A stretch of DNA of 11,621 bases from Myxococcales bacterium (GCA_038320275.1 JBBQEB010000123.1:1-11621), one strand, 5' to 3'; positions 1 through 7,437 are shown, numbered from the stretch's first letter. The notes: generated from the letters alone by a model not told the origin. A program made the numbers and translations.

Positions 1-2
1 CG

Positions 3-299
3 AACGAGGTGCAAGGCCCGTCCTTCGAGAAGGAGGACGCCTCGCGCGAGGAGCGCGCCGCGCTGGCTGCCGCGGTGCGGTCCGCGCGGCAGAAGGCCGA
101 GGAGATGGCTGCGGCCGCGGGGCTCCGGCTGGGAGAGCTCCTCGAGCTTCGGGAGGGGGTGGACGCGCGCCCGCCGTCCTATCCGATGCGGGCGATGGCG
201 AAGGTGAGCGGCGATGTCCCCGTCGCCCCGGGCGAGCTCACCATCGATGGACAGGTGGAGGCGCTCTTCTCCCTCCATGAGGGGGGCCCCACCCGATGA
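3..299 (+). CDS. SIMPL domain (DUF541/YggE-like) protein, C-terminal part; 5' truncated by window
   Basis: Frame is open from the window edge (NEVQGPSF...). 'AALAAAVRSARQKAEEMAAAAGLRLGELLELRE...PVAPGELTIDGQVEALF' matches the typical SIMPL C-terminal pattern (A..A...A..KA..LA...G..LG.......E ... PGE......V...F). Stop TGA at 297-299. Confidence 0.85.
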   Translation, partial: NEVQGPSFEKEDASREERAALAAAVRSARQKAEEMAAAAGLRLGELLELREGVDARPPSYPMRAMAKVSGDVPVAPGELTIDGQVEALFSLHEGGPTR

Positions 300-443
300 C
301 GGCGCAGTGCTCGGAGGGTCGCGCCGCGCTCCTCCTCCCCCGCTTTGGGGAACCGCACACTCGGCCGGGCGGGGCTCATCCGCGACACGGGCGTACAGGT
401 TGACTCCAAGTGAGCCGTGTCGTTGAATCGTGGGACACCTTGT

Positions 444-459
444 CTTGACCTAGGTCAAG
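444..459. promoter_or_regulatory. Perfect 16-bp palindrome CTTGACCTAGGTCAAG, candidate transcription-factor operator (core TTGAC-N4-GTCAA, CRP/FNR-family-like)
   Basis: Read directly; self-complementary over 444-459, in the intergenic region 44 bp upstream of the ATG at 504. The left half TTGACC (445-450) could also be a -35 element, with a weak TG-n-TACTAC at 466-474. Confidence 0.55.
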
Positions 460-503
460 GCGCCCTGTTACTACCACCGGGCTTTCCGGAAAGGCTCTCC
501 ACC

Positions 504-1151
504 ATGGCCGTGCGCGCGATCGCGATCGAAGACGATGAGGCCGTCGCGCGCCTCATCGCGCAGGTGCTCACGTCGCAGGGCTACGATGTCTGCGGCACCG
601 CGGCCACCGGGGAGGAGGGGCTCGCCCTCGCCCGGAAGGAAAAGCCGGACGTCGCCCTCGTCGATCTCGGCCTTCCCAAGATGAGCGGCGAGGACGTCAT
701 CGCCGCCATCCGCAAGGAGCTCCCCAAGACACAGTGCATCGCCCTGACCGCCGTGGACATCCCGGCGCGCGTGATGGCCGCGCTCCGGGCCGGCGCCACC
801 GGGTACATCCTGAAGCCGTTCCACGCGTCGGAGCTCGCGCGCGGCGTCGAGGATGTCCTCTCCGGCAATGCGGCGCCCATCAGCCCTCGCGCCGCCAAGG
901 TGTTGCTGGCCCAGGTCCGCGGCGATCCGCCCGACCAGCGCGCCGAGAACGGGCCGGCGCTGTCCAAGCGGGAGCTGGAGGTCCTGGAGCTGCTCGTCCA
1001 CGGCCACACCTACGGCGACGTCGCCAAGGCGCTCGGGATCGCGGAGGGCACCGTGCAGACCTACGTCAAGCGCATCTACGAGAAGATGGACGTTTCCACG
1101 AAGGCGGAAGCCGCGCTGATCGCCGTCTCGCGTGGGCTCGTGAAGCCTTGA
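504..1151 (+). CDS. Two-component response regulator, NarL/FixJ family (REC + LuxR-type HTH), 215 aa
   Basis: REC motifs: acidic pocket EDD (9-11), phosphoacceptor D54 (VALVDLGLP), conserved Thr (IALT) and Lys (GYILKP). C-terminal LuxR HTH 'LSKRELEVLELLVHGHTYGDVAKALGIAEGTVQTYVKRIYEKMDV'. Start moved from 417 to ATG 504 because REC beta1 begins there and GGAAAGG (488-494) is SD-like. Confidence 0.95.
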   Translation: MAVRAIAIEDDEAVARLIAQVLTSQGYDVCGTAATGEEGLALARKEKPDVALVDLGLPKMSGEDVIAAIRKELPKTQCIALTAVDIPARVMAALRAGATGYILKPFHASELARGVEDVLSGNAAPISPRAAKVLLAQVRGDPPDQRAENGPALSKRELEVLELLVHGHTYGDVAKALGIAEGTVQTYVKRIYEKMDVSTKAEAALIAVSRGLVKP

Positions 1152-1194
1152 CCGGCCGTGATCCTCGGGGCCCGGTGAGCTGAGCAGGCGCGCC

Positions 1195-1222
1195 TTGACT
1201 TCGAAAGACCCCTCCTTATAAT
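1195..1222 (+). promoter_or_regulatory. Sigma70-type promoter for the yceD-rpmF-plsX-fab cluster
   Basis: TTGACT (1195-1200), 16-bp spacer, perfect TATAAT (1217-1222), followed by GACCCCC. It stands out against the very GC-rich background and ends 32 bp upstream of the yceD ATG. Confidence 0.85.
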
Positions 1223-1254
1223 GACCCCCTTTCTGCGGGCCCCCAGCAGCGCAA

Positions 1255-1830
1255 ATGCGCGTCAAGATTGACGAAATCAAGGAGGCGGGGCTTCGCCGCG
1301 CCTGGGACGTGTCTCGCGACACGCTCGACGAGATCGTGCGCGATGATCCGGCCGGCTACCGGGCGCGCGATGGCGCTCGGGTCGAAGGTGAGCTGCACAA
1401 GCTGGACGAGCGGGTGATCCTGGGCGCGACGGCGCAGGCCCCGCTCACCGCGCCCTGCGGGCGGTGCCTGACACAGGTTTCGCACGACGTCCCGGTGAGG
1501 ATCGACCGCACCTTCGTGCCTGCGGCGGGGGGCGGCTCCGGTGGCGATGACGATGCCGGGGGCAGCGGGCCCGGCCGCGCCGGCAGCTTCGACGTGAGGG
1601 ATGCAGACGAGGAGACGTACAGCGGGAAGACCATCGACCTCGATCCCGTGCTGCGCGAGGCGGTCCTCCTGGCTCTGCCGCCGTACCCCGTCTGCTCCGA
1701 CGGATGCAAAGGTTTGTGCCCCGTGTGCGGGGCCAATTTGAACGAGCGCGATTGCGGTTGCGATCGCAGCGTGCCCGACCCGCGATGGGCCGGGCTCCAG
1801 AAGCTTCGCGACAAGTCGAAGGAGAGGTGA
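1255..1830 (+). CDS. yceD: DUF177/YceD family protein (large ribosomal subunit accumulation), 191 aa
   Basis: CGRC motif, 'IDLDPVLREAVLLALP', Cys-rich 'CSDGCKGLCPVCGANLNERDCGC' and 'DPRWAGL' tail; canonical position just upstream of rpmF. Confidence 0.95.
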   Translation: MRVKIDEIKEAGLRRAWDVSRDTLDEIVRDDPAGYRARDGARVEGELHKLDERVILGATAQAPLTAPCGRCLTQVSHDVPVRIDRTFVPAAGGGSGGDDDAGGSGPGRAGSFDVRDADEETYSGKTIDLDPVLREAVLLALPPYPVCSDGCKGLCPVCGANLNERDCGCDRSVPDPRWAGLQKLRDKSKER

Positions 1831-1834
1831 CGCC

Positions 1835-2014
1835 GTGGGAGTTCCCAAGAAGCGCACGAGCAGCATGCGACGCGACCGCCGCCGCGCGGCCAATTTCAAG
1901 ATCACGCCGGTGAACGTGACGAAGTGCCCCAAGTGCAAGGAGCCGGTGATCTCGCACCGCGCCTGCCCGTCCTGCGGCACCTACAAGGGCGAGCAGATCA
2001 CGCCGGCGCTGTGA
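1835..2014 (+). CDS. rpmF: 50S ribosomal protein L32 (bL32), zinc-ribbon form, 59 aa
   Basis: Hand translation from GTG 1835: MGVPKKRTSSMRRDRRRAANFKITPVNVTKCPKCKEPVISHRACPSCGTYKGEQITPAL, stop TGA 2012-2014. SD GGAGAGGT at 1821-1828. Two CxxC pairs. Not present in the ORF track. Confidence 0.97.
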   Translation: MGVPKKRTSSMRRDRRRAANFKITPVNVTKCPKCKEPVISHRACPSCGTYKGEQITPAL

Positions 2015-2024
2015 CCGTGCCACG

Positions 2025-3110
2025 ATGAACGAAGCCCGCGCGCTGCCGGTCGCCGTCGATGCCATGGGGGGGGACAAGGCCCCTGGAGAGATCGTGCAGG
2101 GTGCGGTGGATGCAGCGCGTCAAGGACTGCCAGTCGTCCTGGTGGGCGCGGAGGAGGTGGTGCGCGCCGAACTGGCGCAGCGCTCCGCCGCCGGCTTGCC
2201 CATCACCGTGAAGCATGCCTCCGAGGTGGTCGCCATGGACGACCATCCTGGCCAGGCCATGCGCCGCAAGAAGGACAACTCGATCCGCGTCTGCTTCGAG
2301 CTCGTGAAGCGCGGCGAGGCCTGCGGGATGGTCTCCGCCGGGAACTCCGGCGCGGTGATGGCGGGCGCCATCTTCGTGCTCGGCCGGCTCACGGCCGTCG
2401 AGCGCCCCGCCATCATCTCTGTGCTCCCGGCGTTCAAGGGCAATCCGCTCCTGCTCGACATGGGCGCCAACGTCGAGTGCAAGCCCATTCACCTGGTGCA
2501 GTTCGCGCTCATGGGCGAGGTCTACGCCAGGCGGGTGCTCGGGGTCGCGAAGCCCCGCGTGGCCATCCTCTCCAACGGAGAGGAGGAGACCAAGGGCACC
2601 GACCTCACCCGCGCCGCCGCCGCGGCCCTGCGCCGCGCGCCGTTCGACTTCCGCGGCTACTGCGAAGGGCGCGACCTCCTCACCGGCGACTTCGACGTGA
2701 TCGTCACCGACGGTTTCACCGGGAACATCGCCCTGAAGACGATGGAGGGCACCGCCAAGGTGGTCGGCGACTTCATCAAGCGAGCGCTCAAATCGACCCC
2801 CCTCGCCATGATGGGCGGGCTCCTCGCCAAGGGCGCGCTCGGCGAGATGAAGAAGAAGATCGACTGGCGGGAGATCGGCGGCGCGCCGCTGGTGGGCGTG
2901 GACGGCGTCGGATTCATCACGCACGGCCGCTCCGACGCGCTCGCGATGGCGAACGCGGTGCGCCGCGTCCGCGCCGCCTCCGATGCGCACGCGACGGAGG
3001 AGATCGGCGTGGCCGCGGGGCGCGGAGAGGGGCTGCTCGCCGCCGCGGCGGTCGAGGTCAGCAGGTCCACGAAGCACGAGCCGGCCGCAAAGCCGGCGCC
3101 GACAGCCTGA
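2025..3110 (+). CDS. plsX: Phosphate acyltransferase PlsX, 361 aa
   Basis: 'VAVDAMGGDKAP', 'VSAGNSGA', 'VERPAI', 'LLDMGAN', 'SNGEEETKG', 'VTDGFTGNIALKTMEG', 'GGAPLVG', 'HGRS'; follows rpmF. Confidence 0.97.
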   Translation: MNEARALPVAVDAMGGDKAPGEIVQGAVDAARQGLPVVLVGAEEVVRAELAQRSAAGLPITVKHASEVVAMDDHPGQAMRRKKDNSIRVCFELVKRGEACGMVSAGNSGAVMAGAIFVLGRLTAVERPAIISVLPAFKGNPLLLDMGANVECKPIHLVQFALMGEVYARRVLGVAKPRVAILSNGEEETKGTDLTRAAAAALRRAPFDFRGYCEGRDLLTGDFDVIVTDGFTGNIALKTMEGTAKVVGDFIKRALKSTPLAMMGGLLAKGALGEMKKKIDWREIGGAPLVGVDGVGFITHGRSDALAMANAVRRVRAASDAHATEEIGVAAGRGEGLLAAAAVEVSRSTKHEPAAKPAPTA

Positions 3111-3125
3111 GGAGAGACAAAGACC

Positions 3126-4106
3126 ATGCGTTCGCTCATCGCCGGGACGGGCTCGTACGTGCCCACGAAGGTGCTCACCAACGCCGACCTCTCGTCCATG
3201 GTCCAGACCACGGACGAATGGATCGTCGATCGCACCGGGATCCGGGAACGGCACATCGCCGCTCCGGAGCAGGCCACGAGCGACCTGGCCTTCGAGGCCG
3301 CCACGAGGGCGCTCGACATGGCGGGCGTGAAGGCGGAGGACGTCGAGGCCATCCTCGTCGGGACCATCACCGGCGACATGCCCTGGCCCTCCACGGCGGC
3401 GGTGCTGCAGGGGAAGATGGGCAACAAGAAGGCGTTCGCCTTCGACATCTCCGCCGCCTGCGCCGGCTCGCTGTACGCGCTCGCCGTGGCCGACCGCTTC
3501 GTGTCCACCGGCGTCATCAAGAACGCGCTGGTGGTGGGCGCCGAGATCCTCACCCGCATCGTCGACTGGACCGATCGGAACACCTGCATCCTCTTCGGCG
3601 ACGGGGCCGGAGCGTTCGTCCTGAAGCCCACCGACGATCCGAAGCGCGGTGTCGGCGCCATCAACATGCACACCGACGGCTCCCTCTGGCCCATCCTCCA
3701 TCAGCCTGCGGGCGGTTCCAGGATTCCGTACAGCCAGAAGGTGCTGGAGGAGCGCACCGGCTTCCTCAAGATGAACGGGCGCGAGGTCTACAAGGTCGCG
3801 GTGCGCTCGCTGGAGGAGTGCTGCCGCGAGGCGCTCGCTGCGAACCACCTCACCGTGGGTGACGTCGACTACGTCATCGCGCATCAGGCCAACAAGCGCA
3901 TCCTCGACGCCACACTGGAGCGCCTGGAGATCCCGCCCTCCAAGTGCTGGATGAACCTCGAGAAGTACGGAAATACCTCGGCGGCCAGCGTGCCCATGAC
4001 CATCGACGAGGCCAACCGCGCCGGGTGGTTCAAGCCCGGCGACACCATCCTCATCACCGCCATCGGCGCCGGCATGGCCTGGGGCGCGGGAATCATCCGC
4101 TGGTAG
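3126..4106 (+). CDS. fabH: Beta-ketoacyl-ACP synthase III, 326 aa
   Basis: Catalytic triad intact: C112 (AACAG), His (AHQAN), Asn (YGNTSAAS); also 'EWIVDRTGIRERH' and 'LFGDGAGA'. SD GAGGAG upstream. Confidence 0.97.
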   Translation: MRSLIAGTGSYVPTKVLTNADLSSMVQTTDEWIVDRTGIRERHIAAPEQATSDLAFEAATRALDMAGVKAEDVEAILVGTITGDMPWPSTAAVLQGKMGNKKAFAFDISAACAGSLYALAVADRFVSTGVIKNALVVGAEILTRIVDWTDRNTCILFGDGAGAFVLKPTDDPKRGVGAINMHTDGSLWPILHQPAGGSRIPYSQKVLEERTGFLKMNGREVYKVAVRSLEECCREALAANHLTVGDVDYVIAHQANKRILDATLERLEIPPSKCWMNLEKYGNTSAASVPMTIDEANRAGWFKPGDTILITAIGAGMAWGAGIIRW

Positions 4107-4114
4107 GGGCGCGC

Positions 4115-5059
4115 ATGGGCAAGCTCGCATTCGTTTTCCCAGGGCAGGGCGCGCAGGCCGCCGGCATGGGCAAGTCGCTCGCCGATGCTCATCCGGCCGC
4201 GCGCGCCGTGTTCGACGCGGTGGACGCGGCCCTGGGCGAGGCGATGTCGACCCTCTGCTTCGAGGGGCCGGACGAGAAGCTGAAGCTCACCGCCAACACG
4301 CAGCCGGCCATCCTCACCGTGTCGTCCGCCGTCGCGGCGGTGCTGGAGGAGCGCGGGATCCGCCCCGACTACGTGGCGGGCCACAGCCTGGGCGAGTACT
4401 CGGCCCTGGTGGCGGTGGGGGCCCTCTCCGCGGCCGACGCCGCCAAGGCGGTCCGCGCGCGCGGCACGTTCATGCAGGAAGCGGTGCCGGCCGGGCAGGG
4501 CGCCATGTCGGCGGTCCTCGGCCTCGACCCCGCCAAGGTGAGAGCCATCTGCGAGTCGGTGCAGGCGGCGACGGGCGAGGTGTGCTCGCCGGCCAACTAC
4601 AACGACCCCTCGCAGACCGTCATCGCTGGCTCGGCGGCGGCGGTGGAGAAGGCGGGCGTGGAGCTCAAGGCCGCCGGCGCGAAGCGGGTGGTGCCGCTCC
4701 CCGTGTCCGCTCCCTTCCACTGCGCCCTCATGGAGCCGGTGAAGGCGCGGCTGGAGCCCGTCCTTCGCGGGATTTCCTGGCGAGCGCCCCGGGTTCCGGT
4801 GGTCACGAACGTGGAGGCGAAGCCCAACGGCGACGTCGAGCGCATCGTGCCGCTCCTCCTCACCCAGGTGACGGCGGCGGTGCGCTGGATCGAGTGCGTC
4901 GAGGAGCTCGTGCGGCTGGGCGTGACGCGGATGGTGGAGGTGGGACCGGGCAAGGTGCTGTCGGGCCTCGCGAAGCGAATCGACAAGTCGGTGGAGGTCT
5001 TCAACGTCGAGGACGACGCCTCGCTCGCGAAGACGCTCGCCGCTCTCAAGGAGGGGTGA
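4115..5059 (+). CDS. fabD: Malonyl-CoA:ACP transacylase, 314 aa
   Basis: ATG 4115 gives 'MGKLAFVFPGQG'; 'TQPAI', nucleophile 'GHSLGEYSA', 'RGTFMQ', 'VSAPFHC'. The ORF-track start at 3944 overlaps fabH and is too early. Confidence 0.97.
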   Translation: MGKLAFVFPGQGAQAAGMGKSLADAHPAARAVFDAVDAALGEAMSTLCFEGPDEKLKLTANTQPAILTVSSAVAAVLEERGIRPDYVAGHSLGEYSALVAVGALSAADAAKAVRARGTFMQEAVPAGQGAMSAVLGLDPAKVRAICESVQAATGEVCSPANYNDPSQTVIAGSAAAVEKAGVELKAAGAKRVVPLPVSAPFHCALMEPVKARLEPVLRGISWRAPRVPVVTNVEAKPNGDVERIVPLLLTQVTAAVRWIECVEELVRLGVTRMVEVGPGKVLSGLAKRIDKSVEVFNVEDDASLAKTLAALKEG

Positions 5060-5061
5060 CC

Positions 5062-5808
5062 ATGTACGACTTCAAGGGGAAGACAGCTCTCATCACCGGC
5101 GCGGCGCGCGGAATCGGCCGGGCCATCGCGCTCGAGCTCGCGAGGGGCGGGGCGAGCCTCGCGCTGAACGACGTCAACGAGGCGGCGGCCCAGGAGGCCA
5201 TCGAGCTCGCGCAGAAAGAGGGCTCTCCCAAGGCCAAGTTCTACAAGTTCGACGTGGCCGACTCGGCCGCCTGCGACAAGGCGGTCAAGGAGATCGTGGC
5301 AGAGTTCGGCGGGCTGCACATCCTCGTGAACAACGCCGGCATCTCCATCGACGCGCTGCTCATGCGGTTCAAGGACGAGGACTGGAAGAAGACCCTCGAC
5401 ATCAACCTGACCGGCTGCTTCAACCTGATGCGGGCGGTGAGCCGGCCCATGATGAAGAACCCCGCCAGCAGCATCGTGAACCTGGCCTCGGTGGTCGGCG
5501 AGTCGGGCAACGCAGGGCAGGCTGCCTACTCCGCCAGCAAGGGGGCCCTCATCGCCCTGACGAAGACGGTGGCGAAGGAGCTTGCCGCCCGCAACGTTCG
5601 GGTGAACGCGGTGGCGCCCGGCTTCATCGACACGCCCATGACCCAGGGCCTGCCCGAAGCGGCCAAGCAGAAGATGTTCGAGGCGATCCCGCTGGCCCGG
5701 CTGGGCACGGCGCAGGACATCGCCGATTGCGTGGCCTGGCTGGCGAGCGAGAAGTCGTCGTACGTGACCGGAGCGGTCATCCGCGTCAACGGTGGCATGT
5801 ACATGTAG
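5062..5808 (+). CDS. fabG: 3-oxoacyl-ACP reductase (classical SDR), 248 aa
   Basis: ATG 5062 after SD AAGGAGG; TGAARGIG, NNAGI, 'ASVVG', YSASK, 'APGFIDTPMT', C-terminal 'VNGGMYM'; lies between fabD and acpP. Confidence 0.96.
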   Translation: MYDFKGKTALITGAARGIGRAIALELARGGASLALNDVNEAAAQEAIELAQKEGSPKAKFYKFDVADSAACDKAVKEIVAEFGGLHILVNNAGISIDALLMRFKDEDWKKTLDINLTGCFNLMRAVSRPMMKNPASSIVNLASVVGESGNAGQAAYSASKGALIALTKTVAKELAARNVRVNAVAPGFIDTPMTQGLPEAAKQKMFEAIPLARLGTAQDIADCVAWLASEKSSYVTGAVIRVNGGMYM

Positions 5809-5856
5809 CGCCGGATTTCCCGGCACGGTTTTTCACAACGAGAGGGAGGAAGAACG

Positions 5857-6099
5857 ATGGCTGCAACGAACGTGGAAGCGAAGGTCAAGGACATCATCGC
5901 CGAGCAGCTCGGCGTCTCGCAGGACGAGATCAAGATCACGTCGTCCTTCATCGAGGACCTCGGCGCCGACTCGCTCGACATCGTCGAGCTCGTCATGGCG
6001 ATGGAGGAGGAGTTCGAGGTCGAGATCCCGGATGAGGAGGCGGAGAACATCAAGACCGTCCAGGACGCCGTGAACTACGTCACCACGCACAAGAAGTAG
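5857..6099 (+). CDS. acpP: Acyl carrier protein, 80 aa
   Basis: '[20 protein letters not shown]' with the phosphopantetheinylated Ser; acidic protein; strong SD GGAGG upstream. Confidence 0.98.
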   Translation: MAATNVEAKVKDIIAEQLGVSQDEIKITSSFIEDLGADSLDIVELVMAMEEEFEVEIPDEEAENIKTVQDAVNYVTTHKK

Positions 6100-6110
6100 C
6101 GGCTCGTCGC

Positions 6111-6148
6111 ACCGCCCCGGCGTGGCCGTCGGGGCGGTCGTCGGCTTT
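6111..6148 (+). terminator. Strong GC hairpin after acpP (weak/partial terminator or mRNA-stabilising stem)
   Basis: ACCGCCCCGGCG (6111-6122) pairs with CGTCGGGGCGGT (6127-6138): 12 bp including one G-U, 4-nt loop TGGC. Only a short, displaced TTT (6146-6148) follows. Confidence 0.55.
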
Positions 6149-6188
6149 CCGGGAAGTACCGCATCCCGAATCACACCAGAGGAGAGAA

Positions 6189-7430
6189 ATGGCTAGACGT
6201 CGCGTGGTGGTGACCGGGCTCGGGATCGTCTGCCCCGTGGGTACGGGGCTCGATGAGACCTGGGGAAACATCGTCGACGGCAAGAGCGGGATCGGCCCCA
6301 TCACGGCCTTCGATGCCTCGAGCTTCCCGACGCGCATCGCGGGGGAAGTGAAGGATTTCGATGCCGAGAAGTGGATGGACAAGCGCGACGTCCGGCGCAA
6401 CGACCGCTTCATCCATTTCGCCATGGCGGCATCCGAGATGGCGCTGAAGGACGCCGGACTCGATCTGGCGAAGGAGGATCTGAACCGGATCGGCACCATC
6501 ATCGGCGCCGGACTCGGCGGGCTCTCCACCATCGAGGAGGTCCACAAGGTTTTCCTCGAGAAGGGCGTCCGGAAGATCACGCCCTTCTTCATCCCTTCGC
6601 TCATCGTGAATCTGGCTCCCGGCCAGGTGAGCCTGAGGTGGGGCCTCAAGGGGCCGAGCTACTCGCCCGTGTCCGCCTGCGCAACGGGGAACCACTCCCT
6701 GGGTGACGCCCTCATGATCATCGACCGCGGGATGGCCGACGTCATGCTCTCCGGCGGGGCCGAGGCCACCATCACCCAGCTCGGAATCGGGGGTTTCTGC
6801 GCCTCCCGGGCGCTCTCGGAGCGCAACGACGAGCCCACCAAGGCGAGCCGCCCGTTCGACAAGGGGCGCGATGGATTCGTGGCCGGGGAGGGCTCGGGCA
6901 TCCTCGTGCTGGAGGAGTACGAGCACGCCCGCAAGCGCGGCGCACGGATCTACTGCGAGATCGCCGGCTACGGCGCCACCGCCGACGCCAACCACATCAC
7001 CGCGCCGGCGCCGCACGGCGAGGGAGGCCAGCGGGCCATGCGGATGGCGCTCGCCGACGCCGAGCTCCCGCCGGAGGCGGTGGGCTACGTGAACACCCAC
7101 GGCACCTCCACGCCACTGGGCGACATCGCCGAGTGCCAGGCCATCAAGGCCGTCTTCGGTGACTGGGCGAAGAGCGGGCTCGCCATCTCGTCGACGAAGT
7201 CGATGACCGGCCACCTCCTCGGTGCCGCCGGCGGGATCGAGGCCGTCTTCAGCGTCCTCGCCATCGACAAGGGTGTCCTGCCCCCCACCATCAACGTGGA
7301 GGACCAGGATCCGGAGTGCGACCTCGACGTCATCCCCAACACCGCTCGCGAGAAGCGTGTGGACGCGGTGCTGTCGAACAGCTTCGGCTTCGGCGGTACC
7401 AACGCCGTCATCTGCTTCAAGCGGGTCTGA
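6189..7430 (+). CDS. fabF: Beta-ketoacyl-ACP synthase II, 413 aa
   Basis: 'RRVVVTGLG', catalytic Cys 'SACATG', His 'NTHGTST', His 'TGHLLGAAG', '[10 protein letters not shown]'; SD AGGAG upstream. Confidence 0.97.
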   Translation: MARRRVVVTGLGIVCPVGTGLDETWGNIVDGKSGIGPITAFDASSFPTRIAGEVKDFDAEKWMDKRDVRRNDRFIHFAMAASEMALKDAGLDLAKEDLNRIGTIIGAGLGGLSTIEEVHKVFLEKGVRKITPFFIPSLIVNLAPGQVSLRWGLKGPSYSPVSACATGNHSLGDALMIIDRGMADVMLSGGAEATITQLGIGGFCASRALSERNDEPTKASRPFDKGRDGFVAGEGSGILVLEEYEHARKRGARIYCEIAGYGATADANHITAPAPHGEGGQRAMRMALADAELPPEAVGYVNTHGTSTPLGDIAECQAIKAVFGDWAKSGLAISSTKSMTGHLLGAAGGIEAVFSVLAIDKGVLPPTINVEDQDPECDLDVIPNTAREKRVDAVLSNSFGFGGTNAVICFKRV

Positions 7431-7437
7431 GGTCCCG

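Noticed and set aside
1145..1199. GCCTTGAC repeated at 1145-1152 and 1192-1199, resembling a half-site of the 444-459 palindrome
   Set aside because: One copy includes the regulator's stop codon and the other is the -35 box; neither has a partner half-site.
1260..1280. CGTCAA-GA-TTGACG inverted repeat and TTGAC-N3-ATCAA at the start of yceD
   Set aside because: Inside coding sequence (RVKIDEIK) and the spacer is 3 rather than the 4 nt needed for an FNR box; probably coincidental.
1522..1590. Gly/Asp/Ser-rich low-complexity insert in YceD
   Set aside because: Falls in the variable acidic loop of DUF177 proteins; not a tandem repeat or inserted element.
2477..3862. 461-aa Arg-rich + strand alternative-frame ORF (also 734-1183, 6371-6706, 9930-10352)
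   Set aside because: Arg/Gly/Pro-rich off-frame translations overlapping real genes; no domain signal.
1998..4130. 710-aa minus-strand ORF, and similar long antisense ORFs (4597-5826, 6171-7505, 7566-9200, 10210-11526, 471-1322, 1216-1980)
   Set aside because: They lie opposite well-conserved genes, show no recognisable motifs, and are the expected shadow ORFs of GC-rich codon usage that depletes stop codons.
3944..5061. Long N-terminal extensions in the ORF track for fabD (3944), fabG (4582), rpiB (7222), nrdR (8822), ribD (9277) suggesting fusions or frameshifts
   Set aside because: The extensions are off-frame readings of the upstream gene; each protein has a family-typical N-terminus at a later start and each upstream gene ends normally.
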